DNA from: Lama guanicoe
Lineage: Eukaryota
Assembly: GCA_013239625.1 (NCBI GenBank)
Contig: MU054220.1
Location: 6,184,626-6,248,625 of the forward strand
Direction of reading: 5' to 3'
Length of the DNA: 64,000 nt
This document shows positions 14,306 through 26,701 of this stretch, one piece after another (the stretch's first letter is position 1; each line of letters begins with the position of its first letter). A program made the position numbers and the translations under genes. The notes under the pieces were generated by a model, which was not told the origin of the DNA, searched no databases, and saw only the letters and a list, made by a program, of their open reading frames with translations.

Positions 14306-16307
14306 ATTAGAAAGCAATACACACGTTTAACATTTCCTGCCTAAATAACTTTATAAAGTTGTCCCTGACTCCCAAGATGTAAAGATATGCTATTTTGGTG
14401 AGCCAAGTCCTCCCTACATGTGAAGTTCAGAAAAAGGGAGAACTTAGGGGACCAGGAGACTTCGCTATGTCACCCAGAAAGGGGGTTTGACTGTTGCTAC
14501 AGTACCAGCCACTCTATCCCTGAGAAAACTACTACTACACAAGGTGTGGCAATAACCAGATATATCCCAACTGAGTCAATGATGACGGATGATGATGTAT
14601 CTTTGGAGTAGTAGCTAAAGCAGATAAACAAGTTGAACAACTAGAAAGAGTGAAATAGAACTGCTGAACAAGAGAATGACACATGAACCAGCAAAAGACA
14701 ATGATATTCATGTGCTTCACAGATACATAGCATCTGGGAAAGAAACCATGATTTTCAGTGATACACTCATGGCCTGGAAGATGTACCAGAAGGAGTATCT
14801 TAATGTATAAAGCAAAACTGCATAAAGACATACGTAAAAAATGAGAAAACATGTAAGATGCCTGCAGGATAGATCTAGGAGATCCAGTAGACCAAGCTAT
14901 ATGAAGACATCCAGAAGGAGAGGGCTCCCAGGATAGATAAGAAGGGGCAGTCTTGAAATATATAAAAATTAACTAAGCAGTAATTATTATCATATTATTA
15001 AAGATTACCCCAAGTGAAAATAAAATTAAATATGATTTACGTTTAATATGGCTCACAAGGCAGGTTAGGTTGGTGAAAAAAGCAAAAGATACACCTAATC
15101 ATAGCTTCAGACATTTCCTGAACTATACAGATAAACTCTTGAAAATGCCAAGAACACTAGTAAAGGCCAAATCTCATAAGGCATATAAGCAGATGTTGAA
15201 ATTAAAAAATAATGGAGCTTAAAGGGGAAAACAGGTGAAGATTTTTGGGAATAAATCTTTCAGAATTAGAAGGAAATTCTAGTTTTTCCTTGAAACCTAC
15301 AGGCTCCTTTCCACACCTCAACAAAACAGGCACACACACAGACACCCCACACAGATGCACACATGGTCGTACACAAATATTCTGTTATGGGGCTGAGGTG
15401 ATTCAAAATGTTACATTTAAAAATATTTTGCTTTATGATAAGCTTGGGACGTCACATTGTTGTGCTGCCGTGTGGCACATTAATTTCATGAGGCTCATAA
15501 ACTCACTCAAGTTCCACCTGCCACTGGTCATCGTCACAACACCTGTTGACTGCAGGGCCATAGCTACGAAAAGAGAGTCCTGGTATAAATAAGAAGTATC
15601 CCAGCCAACAGGCTCTTCTTCAATATGAAATTTTCAAATATTTTTAATGTATGAATCCAGGATGTTTACATGTATTCTTATTAAATTTGATGATTTAGAT
15701 TGTTTGTTTTATTAATTGAAATCTTGGTTCAGACTTCATCATATTTTATTGCCATTCAAAGCATTGTTTATTATTTTGCATGTAGTTTTTAATTCATTCC
15801 AGAATATCTTAAACAGAATGAATCAAGGACAAGACTGTAGGGTAAGTCATATGAGACCTTCTTTTGACTGACATTTACTGCCCTCCTGAGACAGCAGTTA
15901 TCAAAATGTATTGTTCAAAAGCTTCATACAGAATCTTGCTAATACCACAGATTCCCAGGTCAACGTCAGCCTCTCAAATTTTGAGCAAGCCTTGAAAGCA
16001 CGCATTTTGAAGCAACTAAGTGATTCTGTGTAGATGGTCCTTGTGCTTAACTTTATGATTTATTCCTCAAAGGGAAGTGCTTTAGTCTTAACATGTAAAT
16101 CTAATGAGGCAGACATTCTTTTTCTCTTTCACATCATCATACTCCACGCCATGAGATTTACTACTCAAATTTTGACAAAGGTTTTCTATCTCCTCTGCTC
16201 CTTTGGGATCTTTTTGTTGTTTTTAGCTTGCTTCCTCTCTTTCTTTCAAGTCTCTGAAGTTCATATATCTACTGGAACCAACTAGGTGATGGAGAAGTGC
16301 TTATGTC

Positions 16308-16687
16308 TGTATTAGTCTGCTCAAGCTGCTATAACAAAATATCACAGACTGGGTGGCTTAAACAACATTTCTCACTGTTCTGGAGGCTAGAAGTCCTAGA
16401 TCAAGTCCCAGAGCAGGGCCAGCTTCTGGTGAGGGCTCCCTTCCTGCCTTGTAGTTGGCTGCCTTTCTGCTGTGTCCTCACATGGTCGTTCCTTAGTATG
16501 TGTGAGTGGAGAGCACCCTGGTGTCTCTTCTTATAAGGACACAAGTCCTATCAGATGTGGGCCCCATCCTTATGACCTCATTTAACCTTAACTGCTTCCT
16601 TAGAGGCTCCATCTCAAAATACAGCCACACAGGGCATTAGAGTTTCAACACATACATTTTAGGGGGAAAGGCATGCAGCCCATAGCC
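16308..16687 (-). mobile_element. MaLR solo LTR (MLT1A-like)
   Basis: tgtattagtctgctcaagctgctataacaaaatatcacagactgggtggcttaaac...cttatgacctcatttaacctt. Confidence 0.9.
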
Positions 16688-17200
16688 ATGCTGTTCATCT
16701 TTTCCTCTCTGACTCTCTGGCATCGAGCTCCCTTTACATTTGTAGAGTCCACAATAAAGGCAGGAAGCAAGCGTGTCATGTACCACACATCCTCTCAGCA
16801 CTTTCCGACAGAACATACCTTCCTGGTCTTGCCATCCTTTTGGACATTCAGTGGATACTCATTATGCGTGGAATTACTTGAAAATTTTTGACATCTGCCA
16901 CTATCCTAACAATTACTTCGATGTATTTCTGGACACTTTAAAAATATTTTAAGTTCAAGAAAAGTATTTGATCTTTAATATTTCTCTCACTTTTCAGTGG
17001 TCTGCAAATCCTTGGCAGATCCCCAGCAATCATATTTATTTCACCAGGTGTGAGTTTTAATAAGAGAGTTCCTAATTAACTAAATATTAAATTGACTAAA
17101 TATATACCTCAGCTGCTTCATTTAATTGAATGTGATTTTTTTTTGCATATAGGTATAGATTTTTATAAATACAAGTATTTTATTTTTATTATTCACAAGT

Positions 17201-17215
17201 GTTGCCATGGCAAAC
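17201..17215. promoter_or_regulatory. Candidate RFX X-box
   Basis: GTTGCCATGGCAAAC, a near match to the palindrome GTTGCCATGGCAAC. Motif evidence only. Confidence 0.35.
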
Positions 17216-17268
17216 TCCAAAAGCAAACGTGCCAGCAAATTAATGTCACGCATAGGTGAAGCAATCAT

Positions 17269-17312
17269 TCATATATATCTATATGTCATTCATATATATA
17301 TATGTGTGTGTG

Positions 17313-17352
<40 letters not shown>
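17269..17352. repeat. (TA)n/(TG)n microsatellite
   Basis: Seen directly. Confidence 0.95.
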
Positions 17353-17354
<2 letters not shown>

Positions 17355-18403
17355 TGGCAGGCAAAGAAAAGTCATAGCTTAGATCTTTGTAATACAAGAA
17401 TCTGAGAACATTCAGTGTCTAGTTAAATTATTTTCTAAAAATATTTCTAACGCCAAGATTCTAGAGACCTGTTTACTGCCTAAGATGCTAGCCAGTAGGA
17501 AAGTGATTTGGGACAAATAAAAAAAGCCATTCTTGACTTTCCACATCTATGAAATAAGAGTGTTGGATTAGATAGTCTCTAAGCCCTTTTAAGCTTTCAA
17601 TTCTGTGCTTTTGTAGTTTTCTGTTATGCACTGCGTGTCTATAACTGACCAGAGAAAAATCCATAGATGGATTTCTATGTACCCAACAGAATTTACCAAC
17701 CTGCCTTATACCATAAGAGAAGTAAACAGACAATATTAATCTCTCCAGAAATTTTCATGAGCTATAGAAAGGACATAAGTAAAACGCTAGGATAAGCTGC
17801 ATTTTGGAGGGAGAGATAAGATATAATCTCTTTTCTACTTGGAAAAAAAAGTGTTTCAAAGGGATGCCCCGGGATAAAACTGGGATTTTATTGCTGTAGG
17901 TCATATCCACAGGCTTTTGTGACCCATAGTCTTAATGGTAGGAAGCGTATTCCACGGGAGAGTGAACTCTATTCTGAAGAGTACAGTAGCAGAAACTGGA
18001 GAGGATAAGACAGTGGTGAGAGAGAAGGCAGTTTTGACTCTACATGTGGGCTCTGAGTCTGTCTGGTTATTACGCAACATTATGGTGACTGCAGTGTAAA
18101 GAGGGACTTTATATCTTATTTCTATTTTCTAATCAATTATTAGTAAAGTTTATTCCTGTGAGGAAGTGGAGTTGCCCAGAGGCTTGCGTAGTGTGGTTTT
18201 AGGAATGTGACCACAAGAACTACAACTGGAATTACCTTCTGTGGACCAAGGTTAGGCTTTGATTATTTCTTGCCTGGAAAATTTACAAGTTTTTCTAACT
18301 GGTGTATCTCTGGTCTCTATGCTGGCAGAGGTAGTTTTCTGAAGCAAAGCTGTGATCAGTTTAAAAGCTGCAGGTATGAGAGTCCATGACTGGGTTAACA
18401 AAT

Positions 18404-19175
18404 TGTAACAGACCCCAGCCGCTTGTCTCCTTAAAGAAGAGCAAATGTGCTTAGTAACTGCCTTGCTTGCATAGTTGAGGTTTTAGATAGCACTCTGCTC
18501 TTTGCAAAGCAACAACCCAGGCCCTTGGCTATAAACGCTGGGCGTGCCCGCTGTTAAATAGTCTTCTATCCCCAAAGCAAGGAACTGGCTGGGCTGGTGG
18601 TCTGCTTTAACATATCTATAAGAATGTATCTTGCTCCCCTCTTCCCATGACTTCCCTAAAGGTAACCTGTAGGCCCCCAAAGGAAGGAGCCTTGGGCTGG
18701 AATGGTAAACAAGTTATAAAAAGCTGCAGACTCAGAGGTGAGAAGGCTGGTTAGCCACTGACGGGTGAGACCCCCAGAAGGGGGCAACCTAAGACAGGCA
18801 CAGCTGCCTTGAGTCCAAGAAGAATGTTAAGCAGCTTCTTCTCAGACTTTCCGCCCTGATAAGCTGTAAGGCTCGCTGATGTCAATGTGAACATGACTTA
18901 CCAAAACATAAAGGGTCTTCTGACCTTGAGCCAGACTCTACAATCTAGATCCCACCTGTCTTTCCCTAAATTCCTGCATTCCATCACACAACTGTCAGTG
19001 ATTTCTCCTTTGATTGTACACAATAAATGTGGGGGCGTTTGAGAAGCTCCTGGAGATGGCTCCTGACTCCCTCTCGCTCTCTTGACTTTTCCACAGAGTC
19101 TTGAGTAATTCATTCCGTTTCGGTGGGACTTCTGCTGGCCAGAACCCACAACTGGTGACGAACCCACATACAGGT
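18404..19175 (+). mobile_element. Probable endogenous retrovirus solo LTR (ERV1-like, family unassigned)
   Basis: Starts TGTAACA, with TATAAA at 18715 and AATAAA at 19022. Richer in GC than the flanks. AAAT on both sides (18400-18403 and 19176-19179) is a possible 4-bp TSD. Confidence 0.65.
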
Positions 19176-19647
19176 AAATCTCATTGTCTAAGAAAGCAGG
19201 AAGTCCACACTGGCCAAATAACACTTTCGATATTTATCTTCTACTTACTGTGGATTAATCTATTTGTGAAATTATTAAGTGCCTGGTATATTCAGGGTGG
19301 GTATAACCCAAGCTATTAACTGCAACAAAACACCTTGAATGTATTCAATGTAATTTATATTTTGTAATTTTTCTGTCTTTCCTAAGACTGCCCCTCTTTC
19401 TGAAGGTTTTTTTTTCCCACTTTTTACCCTCTCCACACCAGATACATACCTACTTATCTACATAGCTCAATATAAATGTAATCTATGTGTATTTGACTCA
19501 ATTTCTTTGCTTCACCCAAGAATAAATAAATAGGACCTTCTAATTAATTTTATTTTTAAATTACAAGATAATAATACTTTTTTGGCAACAAAAGGAGAGG
19601 TAGCATGTGAAAGAAAAATAGACTGTCCTCCATTAATCTTTCCACAT

Positions 19648-20130
19648 CATTTTTAATGTTTTTGTTTATGAACAGCATACATACAGAAAAGACGTAAATT
19701 ATGGGTCTGCAACTTGATGAATTTTCACAAAATAAACACCCAGAAATCGAGTCCCAGATCAAAAAAACAGTGCATTATTAGCAAACATACAGCTCCTTAT
19801 TTCTTCTAAGGTCACTTCTTCCAAAGGCTAATAACTACCCTGATTTCTGTTATCTTAGATTAGTTTGGCCTCTTTTAAGCTTTTTGGAATCATATATTAT
19901 TGTCCTGGGTATGGCTTCTTTTTTTCAACATTTGTGCTTGTGAGATTTTATCAGTTGCCTTGCGTATCCATCCATACATCCACCCAAACGTGTATACATA
20001 TGTATTTCTTTGGAGTCTAGACCATGGAATAGAAGTGCTAGATATACAAATGATAAATTTTAGTGGATACTGCCACTCAGCAGTGATTGAATAACTTACA
20101 TTCACTACATTAGTTTTGAGTTTCCAGTTG
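19648..20130 (-). mobile_element. Old L1 (L1ME/L1MD-like) 3' fragment
   Basis: acttgatgaattttcacaaaataaacacc...cccagatcaaaaaa...tggcttcttttttcaacat. Confidence 0.7.
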
Positions 20131-20139
20131 CTAAAGGTT

Positions 20140-21120
20140 GGTTATACGTATTTCTCATCCTTATTGGATCAGTGGGCTAACAAGGACATTTTCTTCTTAT
20201 GGCAAATGAAGAAATGCAAGAGAAATGGGTGGAAACATAACTTGTTCTTCCAGTCTTGGTTGGGAATTAGCATAATGTCCCTTCTGTTCACATTTTATTG
20301 GCCAGATTAAGTCATACAGCCAAGCCCAACATGAATATGTGCCTCATCTTTAGTTTATTAGTTCACAGAGTACTGCAAAATCACTTAATATGTGGATGTA
20401 AGGAATAGTGAAAAACTGAGGAGAACAACACAGCCTATCTCAGTTTTCTCTCTTGATGACATTTATTTATATCCCTCCAATACACAACATTTACTGATCC
20501 CCCAAGACACTCCCAAAATCTTCTCTGACCCTGGCATTAGGCTCAGAGACCAGAATTTTATGCTGATGTTAGGTGAGTATTTCCTGTTTGCTATCTTTAG
20601 AGAGGGAAAAAATGCAAGTCAGCCTTATACATGCCTAACCCAGGGACAGAATAAACTAATAAACATTCTCATTTAGAAAAGTGATGAATAGGGAAAATAT
20701 AACAATTACTGTTTCTCAGACATTCTGGAATTTCATTGGACAAATGTTGATACATTTAGCTATCCTTGGGACATAGACTGTTTTCTGATTGAGCTCTGGA
20801 TCTGCTCATTGGAATGGTTTCCAAATATGTTGGTCTCCACGACTCTTGGACCCTTATTTCCCCCCATTTTTGTTGTTTATTTCTAAAGAGACATTATAGA
20901 ATATATAATTCTTAGAGACCTAGATGGTTTCTTAAACTGTTTGCTGGCTATAGACATTTTTAGGCCAGAAAATGTTGTCTGAACTTGAAAGTTTTTAGTC
21001 TTTTTAATGCAAACTAGGGATGTTTTTGCCAATACCACTTTTCAAAATCTTTGTGGGTTTTGTATGTATTGGAATTTAGTCAACTCTACATGATAAAACC
21101 ACATCTACAAATATTACCAA
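20140..21120 (-). mobile_element. Old MaLR LTR (MLT1J/K-like), probably with adjoining internal sequence
   Basis: cacattttattggccagattaagtcatacagccaagccc is an MLT1 motif. The sequence after it resembles MLT-int. Confidence 0.5.
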
Positions 21121-21164
21121 AGCTTGCCTCTTTTAAAATATTCATTTATTGTTTGTTTTTATTT

Positions 21165-22580
21165 TTAGGGCCTCTGTCATCTCTGTTGGGAAGTCAACTA
21201 TCAGTCTCATTCTTGCTCTTTTGATGGTAATTCATCTTTTTTTTTTCCAGCTTTGAAGATTTATTCTTTGTCTTGGATTTTTAGCATACCTGTTATGATG
21301 TGCCTATGGGTTAGCTTTTGTTTCATTTTGGTTTTTGTTTATTGTTTTTGTATCCATTTACTTTGGGGTTTTCAGAGCTTGTTGAATTTATACATTGATG
21401 TGTGTCATAATTTTTGAAAAATTCTTGGCCATTATCTCTTCAGACATTATTTCTGACCCATTCCTTCTGTACTGTCCTCCAGGGGCTCCAATTACATGCA
21501 TAGTAGATGCATTCTTAAGTTTCATGGGTCTCTAAATTTTTCTTTATTTTTATTTTATAAGTTTGGATTATGTAACGTAAACCTAACTTTTAATTCAATT
21601 ATCCTGGAACTAATTAATCATATTTCATATTAAAATATCTAATAAATTTAAAACTTTAGATATTATTCATCAGCTCTAGACTATCCATTTAATTTTTCTT
21701 TAAGGATTAAAATTCTCTGGTGTAATTATTCATTTCTTCATCTATTTCCCATCTTTTCCTTCATTTTCTGAAACATATGGTTTTAAAGTCCTTGTCAATT
21801 AACTCCAATATCTTGGTCACCTATGAGTCTACATTTATTGCTTCTTTCTTCTCCTGGTTTTAGTCCTGCGTTTCTGTCTGTTGGTGTGCATAGTAATTTT
21901 TTTTTTAATTGAATGCCAGACAGTAGTCCTGAAATTGTAGAGGTTGCAGATGCTCTCAAGAGTGAGTTCACCCATTCCCATACTAGGCAGATAGGGTGGT
22001 GATTGATTATTTTAATCAAATCTTGAGTGGTGCTGAGTCAAGTTTAGATTGAAACCCTCTTAAGACTGTGTCAACTTTGGTTTTGCTCTTGTATTTCTAG
22101 AATTTTGGCTAAGAACCTGCCATATTCTCTGGAACCCAGTCCTTTGACAGATCAGAAACTCTAACTTTTTCTCTGTTCTGTTTTTCTGCTTAGGTTGTGG
22201 CTTTCCTCCCACAACAAAGCTAGAGTTTAGCAAATATACTAAGGTGATAATTAGCCATGTGCTTCTGATCTTTTTAATATCTGCCAAAATTCTATTATTT
22301 CTTTTTGTTACACAGCAAAAAACTTCTGGGTTCTAACTCTTAGATCCTTGGCCTCCTACTCATAGCCAGAATCATTACATTCCCAAGGTAAAAGTAGTTT
22401 CAGAAGGTCAGTTTCTCTTTCTGAAGTTCTTCCTCTACTGAATCTTGGTCAGTCTTTTTCATGTTGCTGCCTCTTCATCACACTTGAAAAACAATCTCTG
22501 TATCTTGTTCAACCTTCCTTTTGTCTGTAGGTGCATGCATCAGTCTGATACCAGTGACTACATTCCATACACAAGTAGAA
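21165..22580 (-). mobile_element. Old L1M 5'/ORF1-region fragment
   Basis: gaagtcaactatcagtct...aagatttattctttgtctt...tgatgtgcctatg...ttttgaaaaattcttggccattatctcttca. Confidence 0.7.
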
Positions 22581-23059
22581 ATCTTTCCTTCTATAATATT
22601 TATCAAAAAACTTTTATCATATTGCATGGCAATCTTTCTGTAGGTATCTCTTTCCTTGAAGAGATTATGAGGCTGTGAACTTCTTGAGGTCAGAAATTGT
22701 CATTCATTGAATAGTTTAAAGTTTGCATGACTCACAATATATTATACATTTTACAAGTTGGGGGATGAATTATAGCACAGATTCCTATGGGAATATGATG
22801 AATTATGTGAAATCTGACGAGAAAAAAAATTCACTTGAAAACAGGAACTCAGATATTTGGATACAGTTGTTGTGGGTTCAACTACCCTTCAGTTCCATTC
22901 ATGTAAACCCCTGCAAATGAAGTTAGTGACGTTCCTAGTTCCTCTTATCACACTATTAGAGCCCCATTCTTATACCACCATGCCAAAGCATTAGGATTCT
23001 GCAACTATTATTTTTAAATGAAGTACAAGTAACTAGTAACATAATACATTTAATGGGCA

Positions 23060-23505
23060 TTTGTGGGTTTTGGTTGCCCAATATTAAATTTCCCATTCTG
23101 ATGTCAGTTAAATATGCTCTAGGGAAGTTTTATCCTTCTTTACTTTATAGTAAATTAAGATGTCCCGTGATACCACTGCGAAGTCAACAGCTACACTGGG
23201 GGTCTCTTCTGCTCTACTGGTCCTTTCTCCAACTAGCACTTTGAAGAGGTTGGACCTTAACCTCAGTTTTATCAGTTGGATCCTCTTGTTGAGGACTCTG
23301 ATAATTGACCTGGCCAAGGCAAGAAGGAGTTAATGGTTGGAGTTTGGTATCGGTGCCTACAAGAGATAATAGAACAGATCTTGTTACTAAGACTTTCCAG
23401 ACTTTTCCAGTGGGATTTGTTTCATGGCTTCTCTTCTACATTGGAAAGTCCTCCACTGTATCTTTTCAATAAGTTCTCTTTTTTTTTCTTGTTAATTAGA
23501 GAGTC
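23060..23505 (+). mobile_element. ERVL solo LTR (LTR33-like)
   Basis: ggttttggttgcccaatatt start and ttttcaataagttctcttttt...gttaattagagagt end. Confidence 0.5.
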
Positions 23506-23676
23506 AACAAACATGCCCAGATTCACACATGAACACATATCAGTCATTAAGCTCCATCTAACCATAATCATGATTCCTCACTATCTACTTCCCTTCCAGA
23601 GTAAACAGAAAGAATCATGGAACACAGGAATATTTTAACTAGCAGAGCACTGAGCAGAGGATAGTCATACAGTTTA

Positions 23677-23692
23677 CCACATGGGGGCAGCA
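23677..23692 (+). promoter_or_regulatory. Candidate CTCF core motif
   Basis: CCACATGGGGGCAGCA has one mismatch to CCACNAGRKGGCAGCA. Motif evidence only. Confidence 0.3.
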
Positions 23693-23959
23693 GATATTAC
23701 TATAAATTGAAGAGATTGCCAAATTCTGTAAACACAGTTTTCCCCCAGAGGGTTAATTTTGAGGCTGACAACTTCAACAGCATCATCATTCTTCTCAGCT
23801 TTATCTTTATCATCTCCATCCTTCGTATCTGAATAGGGCATAATAGTTTTTAAAGTACAATTTATTGTACATTAGCATGTTGTTTCTAATTTGTGAGCAT
23901 AGAAATCGCCATTTATATAGAGGTGTTAAAACAGATTTTACAATCCAACAGCCATGTGA

Positions 23960-24135
23960 AGACTGAGTGAGTCTCTGTGACCTTGAACATTCTTTTTCTT
24001 CAAAACTTTAGATCTTTGTTTTTGAAAAGAGGATAGTAACATAGCAGTGTTATGAAAACTAAATGAGATGGTACACATAACTTGCTTATCACAGAGCCTA
24101 CTATGTGGTAAGAACTCAATGCTTGTTATTACTAT
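23960..24135 (+). mobile_element. MIR
   Basis: ctgtgaccttgaac...aactaaatgagat...tatgtggtaagaactcaat. Confidence 0.7.
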
Positions 24136-25499
24136 TTTTTTATTCCTTTCATATGAAAGTTAAATAAACCAAGTCTTTCAAATTCACAAATGAGTATGTA
24201 AAAGAATAAGACTATTTATTTTAACCCTGAGTTCAGAATTCCACCACTGTTCCTCTTTGATATGCATATCAGTTAAGTGGCTATCTTTAGTGCACGTGGA
24301 GAAGCAGCAGAATTACATTAAAGGATGCAATATTTTCTCTTGAGAATTATGCTGTTATTCCCTTGTGGGAAATAATATGAGAGAAATGAATCTTCATGAG
24401 GGACATTGGGCTTTACATCTTTACTCTAAAAATTCTATAAGGAAGAGACATTATTGAGTTTTGCTGAATAGATCTGGAAATCCCTGTGAATTAAAGCAAA
24501 GCCTTCTAGAATAACTATATTCTTGGAAAGATGAGACAAGCCAGAACAGTCCCACTTTGAATGAATGGTTTTTAAAATGCTTGAGAGGCCACAAAACATA
24601 AAAGGATTTCTAAATATGAGGAGGGAAATGTGTCTAGTGCATAAAAACCATACATTCAATTTACTGTAGAGAAGAACATTTTAAAGACGCTAACCTTGTG
24701 ATTTGAATTGACTTTATTTATTCATTTCAAAGAAGCCATTCAAAAAGTAATAGGCCTTTGTAATGAAAATAGAGAAACAGCACGAACAGACTGTGGGTAA
24801 GAAAAAGGGAAAGGACAGGTTCTGAGTTTGTGGAAAACAAATAATATTTTTCTAAAATTTTAGAGATAGAATTTTCGAGGTGTTAGCCTATTATTTTCCT
24901 TTAAAAGATGAGGATGTGGGTAATCAGAGAGGTTCAGTGACATTTTCAAGTCTGTACAACCAGTGAGGGGGGAAAACCAAGTCCAGACCTTCTTATTCCT
25001 ACACTATTATTTTCCATTTTTCAACAGCACTCCCTCTTTCAAACTGCTTATCTGTTAAGTTTGAATACCAGCTGTAAAAACCCAATTGCTTTTTAATAGC
25101 TCCTTCAAGGATTTAAAAAATCTTAGCATTTGTTCAGATCTGGTTCCAAATATGATAGGACATGTCTCATATGTCCAGATGTTGTGTGTTTTCAACAAAT
25201 AAAAACAGTTGTAAGAGGAGATTCAGGTCTCTCTGTGAACATATGCACACTGTCTAGAAGATCACGGGTGTAGTCTAGCAAAGTATAAAGCACTTGTCCT
25301 TGGAAAATATTTAGCGCAAAGATGTAAAGACCAAAGTTTCTTGTTAAGATCCATTTCTCTCACATTATTTCCCACGTGGGAATAATAGCATGATTCTCAT
25401 GGGAAAACATTCCATCCTTCAAAATAATTTTGCTGCTGCCCGCCATGCACTAAAGATGGCCAATTGATTGATATGCATAATTGCATCATTTGACCAACA

Positions 25500-25810
25500 C
25501 ATGTCTAGATTTCTCTATTTATTCATGTCTCTGCTCAGATACCTCTTCTACCGTCTGGTTCCCCCCACCACATCCACCATTCTCTATCCCATGGCCTGCT
25601 TTGTATTCTGTATACTTACTACTATATGAAAGAGTATCTTATTTTTCCAGATTACGCATGTTTACCTGTCCTCCTCTAAGGAGTAAAATGCTTCATGATG
25701 GAAGAAAATTTCTGTGACTTTTTCATCACCATATTCCCTGTACCAAAATATGTCTTTTACATAGTAGGGGGTGCAACAATATTCCTTGCAAGAATAAATT
25801 AATCAATACA
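25500..25810 (+). mobile_element. L2 3' end
   Basis: tctgctcagatacctcttct...atgcttcatgatgga...acatagtagg...aataaattaat. Confidence 0.65.
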
Positions 25811-26587
25811 TGTTTGAGGTACCTGCAGCTCATCCTTCCAGTTTCCTTCTGAGATATTTAATTGATAATCTCTACCTTTTTAGAGCATCAACTGACTTAC
25901 TTAAAGGGAGGAGCCTGATTCATAGTTGCCCAAGAAGAAATTCCTCCCCATAGCACTATTATATATTTTGAGAGGAAACTGAGAAAGCAGTTGATTTAAC
26001 TATCTCCTGTAATCTCCCTGATTACATAATTGCCAGCGCTGGGCTTTTCATTCTGTTAAATAGATTCTCTTTGTAACATCACCACCCCAGCTGCTACAAC
26101 CTAGAACATTCTACCACAATCTCTTACCTAGATTATTTTGGATGTCTCCCAACGGGTGTGTTTGCTTTCACCCTTGACCTCCCCCATAGTTTACTTTCTA
26201 TATAGTAGCAGTAAACATAAGTCATACTCTGCACCTTTTTTATTCAAACCAGTACTTTCCCATGGCACCAAAAGTCATTTCCAACTCGTGGCTTATAAGG
26301 CCCTACTTTGTCTGAGATCAAATTGAGGCAGGGAGAGAACCTGAGTCTAAATCCTCCTCTGGTTCTGCCCACCTTACTGTGGCACATTTTAAAACTTTCT
26401 GAGTCTCATTTATCTCGACAGAAGAACTGATATAAATATATATAAATATATACACACTAAAGACAGAACTGCATTGGAGCGTAGGGCTTGAGATTCTCCG
26501 GCCCTGTGGTCACTCAGTTTTCATCAAGAATCTTCGCTGTAAATTCACTGACTGGATTTCTCGAGTAGTGGGAAAATTAAAATGTTT

Positions 26588-26663
<76 letters not shown>

Positions 26664-26701
26664 CACAAATGCACACATGTATATGAGAGAGAGAGAGAGA
26701 G
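26588..26701. repeat. Compound (TA)n(CA)n(TA)n...(GA)n microsatellite
   Basis: Seen directly. Confidence 0.95.
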
